This document shows positions 31,140 through 32,000 of a DNA stretch of 32,000 nt, one piece after another. How positions within the stretch are numbered: the first letter of the stretch is position 1; each line of letters starts with the position of its first letter. This DNA is from Nostoc punctiforme PCC 73102 (GTDB taxonomy: Bacteria; Cyanobacteriota; Cyanobacteriia; Cyanobacteriales; Nostocaceae). The notes under the pieces were generated by a model that searched no databases, was not told the DNA's origin, and saw nothing but the letters and a program-made list of their open reading frames with translations. The stretch spans positions 4,590,001-4,622,000 of the forward strand of contig NC_010628.1 in the NCBI RefSeq assembly GCF_000020025.1, given 5' to 3'. Position numbers and translations under genes: made by a program.

Positions 31140-32000
31140 ATGAAAACCAATACATTTAACGGACGCAACCAAAACAAAACCATAGTTATAGAAAAAGAAT
31201 TGATTCCTAATTCAGAGGCTTTAAAAGCTGTAACCGCAGAAGCACCTGTTGTAACTCCTGAGATTGAGAAAGAAGTTCCACCGAAGCGGAAAAAACCGAC
31301 TGGTTTGATTTTGGCAGGAATAGGTGTGGGTGCGATCGTCGCAGGTACTTTTGGTTATAACTATTGGCAATACGCCTCCACCCACCAGGAAACAGACAAC
31401 GCCACTGTTGCGGGAAATATTCACCAAGTTAGTAGCCGAATTCCCGGAACTGTAAGTCAGGTGCTTGTGAATGATAACCAATTGGTGCAACCGGGACAGT
31501 TGTTAGTGAAATTAGATCCACGAGACTATGAAAGTAAGGTACAGCAAGCACAAGCAGCCTTAGAAAATGCGCGTGGACAGGCCCAAGCAGCCCAAGCAAA
31601 TATTGCTTTAACTTCACAAACCACCACTGGTAAGACAACTCAAGCACAGGGAGATGTTAGCGGTGCGGTAGCAGCAATTTCCACAGCCCAAGCAGCAGTA
31701 CAAGAAGCCCAAGCTGGGATACCAGCCGCGCAAGCTGAAGTCAGATTAGCCGAAGCAGGGATTCCCGCCGCCCAAGCCCAGGTAGCGCAAGCAAATGCGA
31801 ATTTGGAAAATGCCCAAGCAGATTACAATCGCTACAACGAATTGTATAAAAACGGTGCGATCGCTCGTCAGCAGCTAGACGCAGCCAAGGCCGCTTTTAA
31901 TGTGGCTACGGCACAAAGAAACGCTGCTGTTCAGGGAGTAGAACAAGCTCAAGCCAAGTTAGCTTCTGCGAGAGTTGGTGTTGCCAAAGCCCAGTCTCAG
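31140..32000 (+). CDS. HlyD-family (EmrA-like) efflux pump periplasmic adaptor, 3' end beyond the window
   Basis: The frame opens at the ATG at 31140 and stays open to the window edge (287 codons), so it is absent from the ORF track. It has a TM anchor (LILAGIGVGAIVAGTF), TDNATVAGNIHQVSSRIPGTVSQVLVNDNQLVQPGQLLVKLDPRDY (the EmrA/HlyD barrel-sandwich motif), then an Ala/Gln-rich coiled coil. Confidence 0.85.
   Translation, partial: MKTNTFNGRNQNKTIVIEKELIPNSEALKAVTAEAPVVTPEIEKEVPPKRKKPTGLILAGIGVGAIVAGTFGYNYWQYASTHQETDNATVAGNIHQVSSRIPGTVSQVLVNDNQLVQPGQLLVKLDPRDYESKVQQAQAALENARGQAQAAQANIALTSQTTTGKTTQAQGDVSGAVAAISTAQAAVQEAQAGIPAAQAEVRLAEAGIPAAQAQVAQANANLENAQADYNRYNELYKNGAIARQQLDAAKAAFNVATAQRNAAVQGVEQAQAKLASARVGVAKAQSQ

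Noticed and set aside
1-32000. Search for tRNA/rRNA genes, CRISPR arrays, transposases, integrases, toxin-antitoxin pairs or known phage-defence genes
   Set aside because: I saw no T-loop/acceptor-stem patterns, no regularly spaced direct repeats with unique spacers, and no DDE, tyrosine or serine recombinase motifs in any listed ORF. The only mobile-DNA signals are tiny non-autonomous repeats.

Overview
The window reads as chromosomal DNA from a Nostoc/Anabaena-type (Nostocales) cyanobacterium. I counted 21 exact copies of the HIP1 palindrome GCGATCGC by eye. There are also Nostoc-style small dispersed hairpin repeats, heptamer tandem repeats and one MITE-like element. I can support about 30 protein-coding genes. 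These include a minC-minD-minE cluster, fmt, a fused modBC molybdate transporter, the clock-output regulator rpaA, an FeS-type (CryPro/FeS-BCP) photolyase homologue, a DUF62 SAM-hydrolase-family gene and a MarR plus HlyD-adaptor efflux locus. The rest are assorted oxidoreductases, methyltransferases, hydrolases and hypothetical proteins. I found no rRNA, tRNA, CRISPR array, transposase or integrase. The two most interesting loci are these. (1) At 23097-25990, a tightly linked pair encodes a GrpE-like protein interrupted by a transmembrane hairpin and an Hsp70 nucleotide-binding-domain protein. The second protein lacks a substrate-binding domain and instead has a C-terminal transmembrane hairpin. 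(2) At 17240-17614, a 124-aa Csp3/YhjQ-type (DUF326) four-helix-bundle homologue has 41 Met and 16 Cys residues. Secondary observations are ten tandem nonapeptide repeats at the MinC N-terminus and a ~30% G+C two-gene islet (SAM methyltransferase plus OlsB-like N-acyltransferase) next to a perfect 18-bp palindrome. I also note a DUF62 protein that appears to lack the usual catalytic residues, repeat-derived segments apparently sitting in-frame inside coding regions, and a thrice-repeated candidate MarR operator. All functional calls come from motif recognition by eye. No database search or structure prediction was possible.
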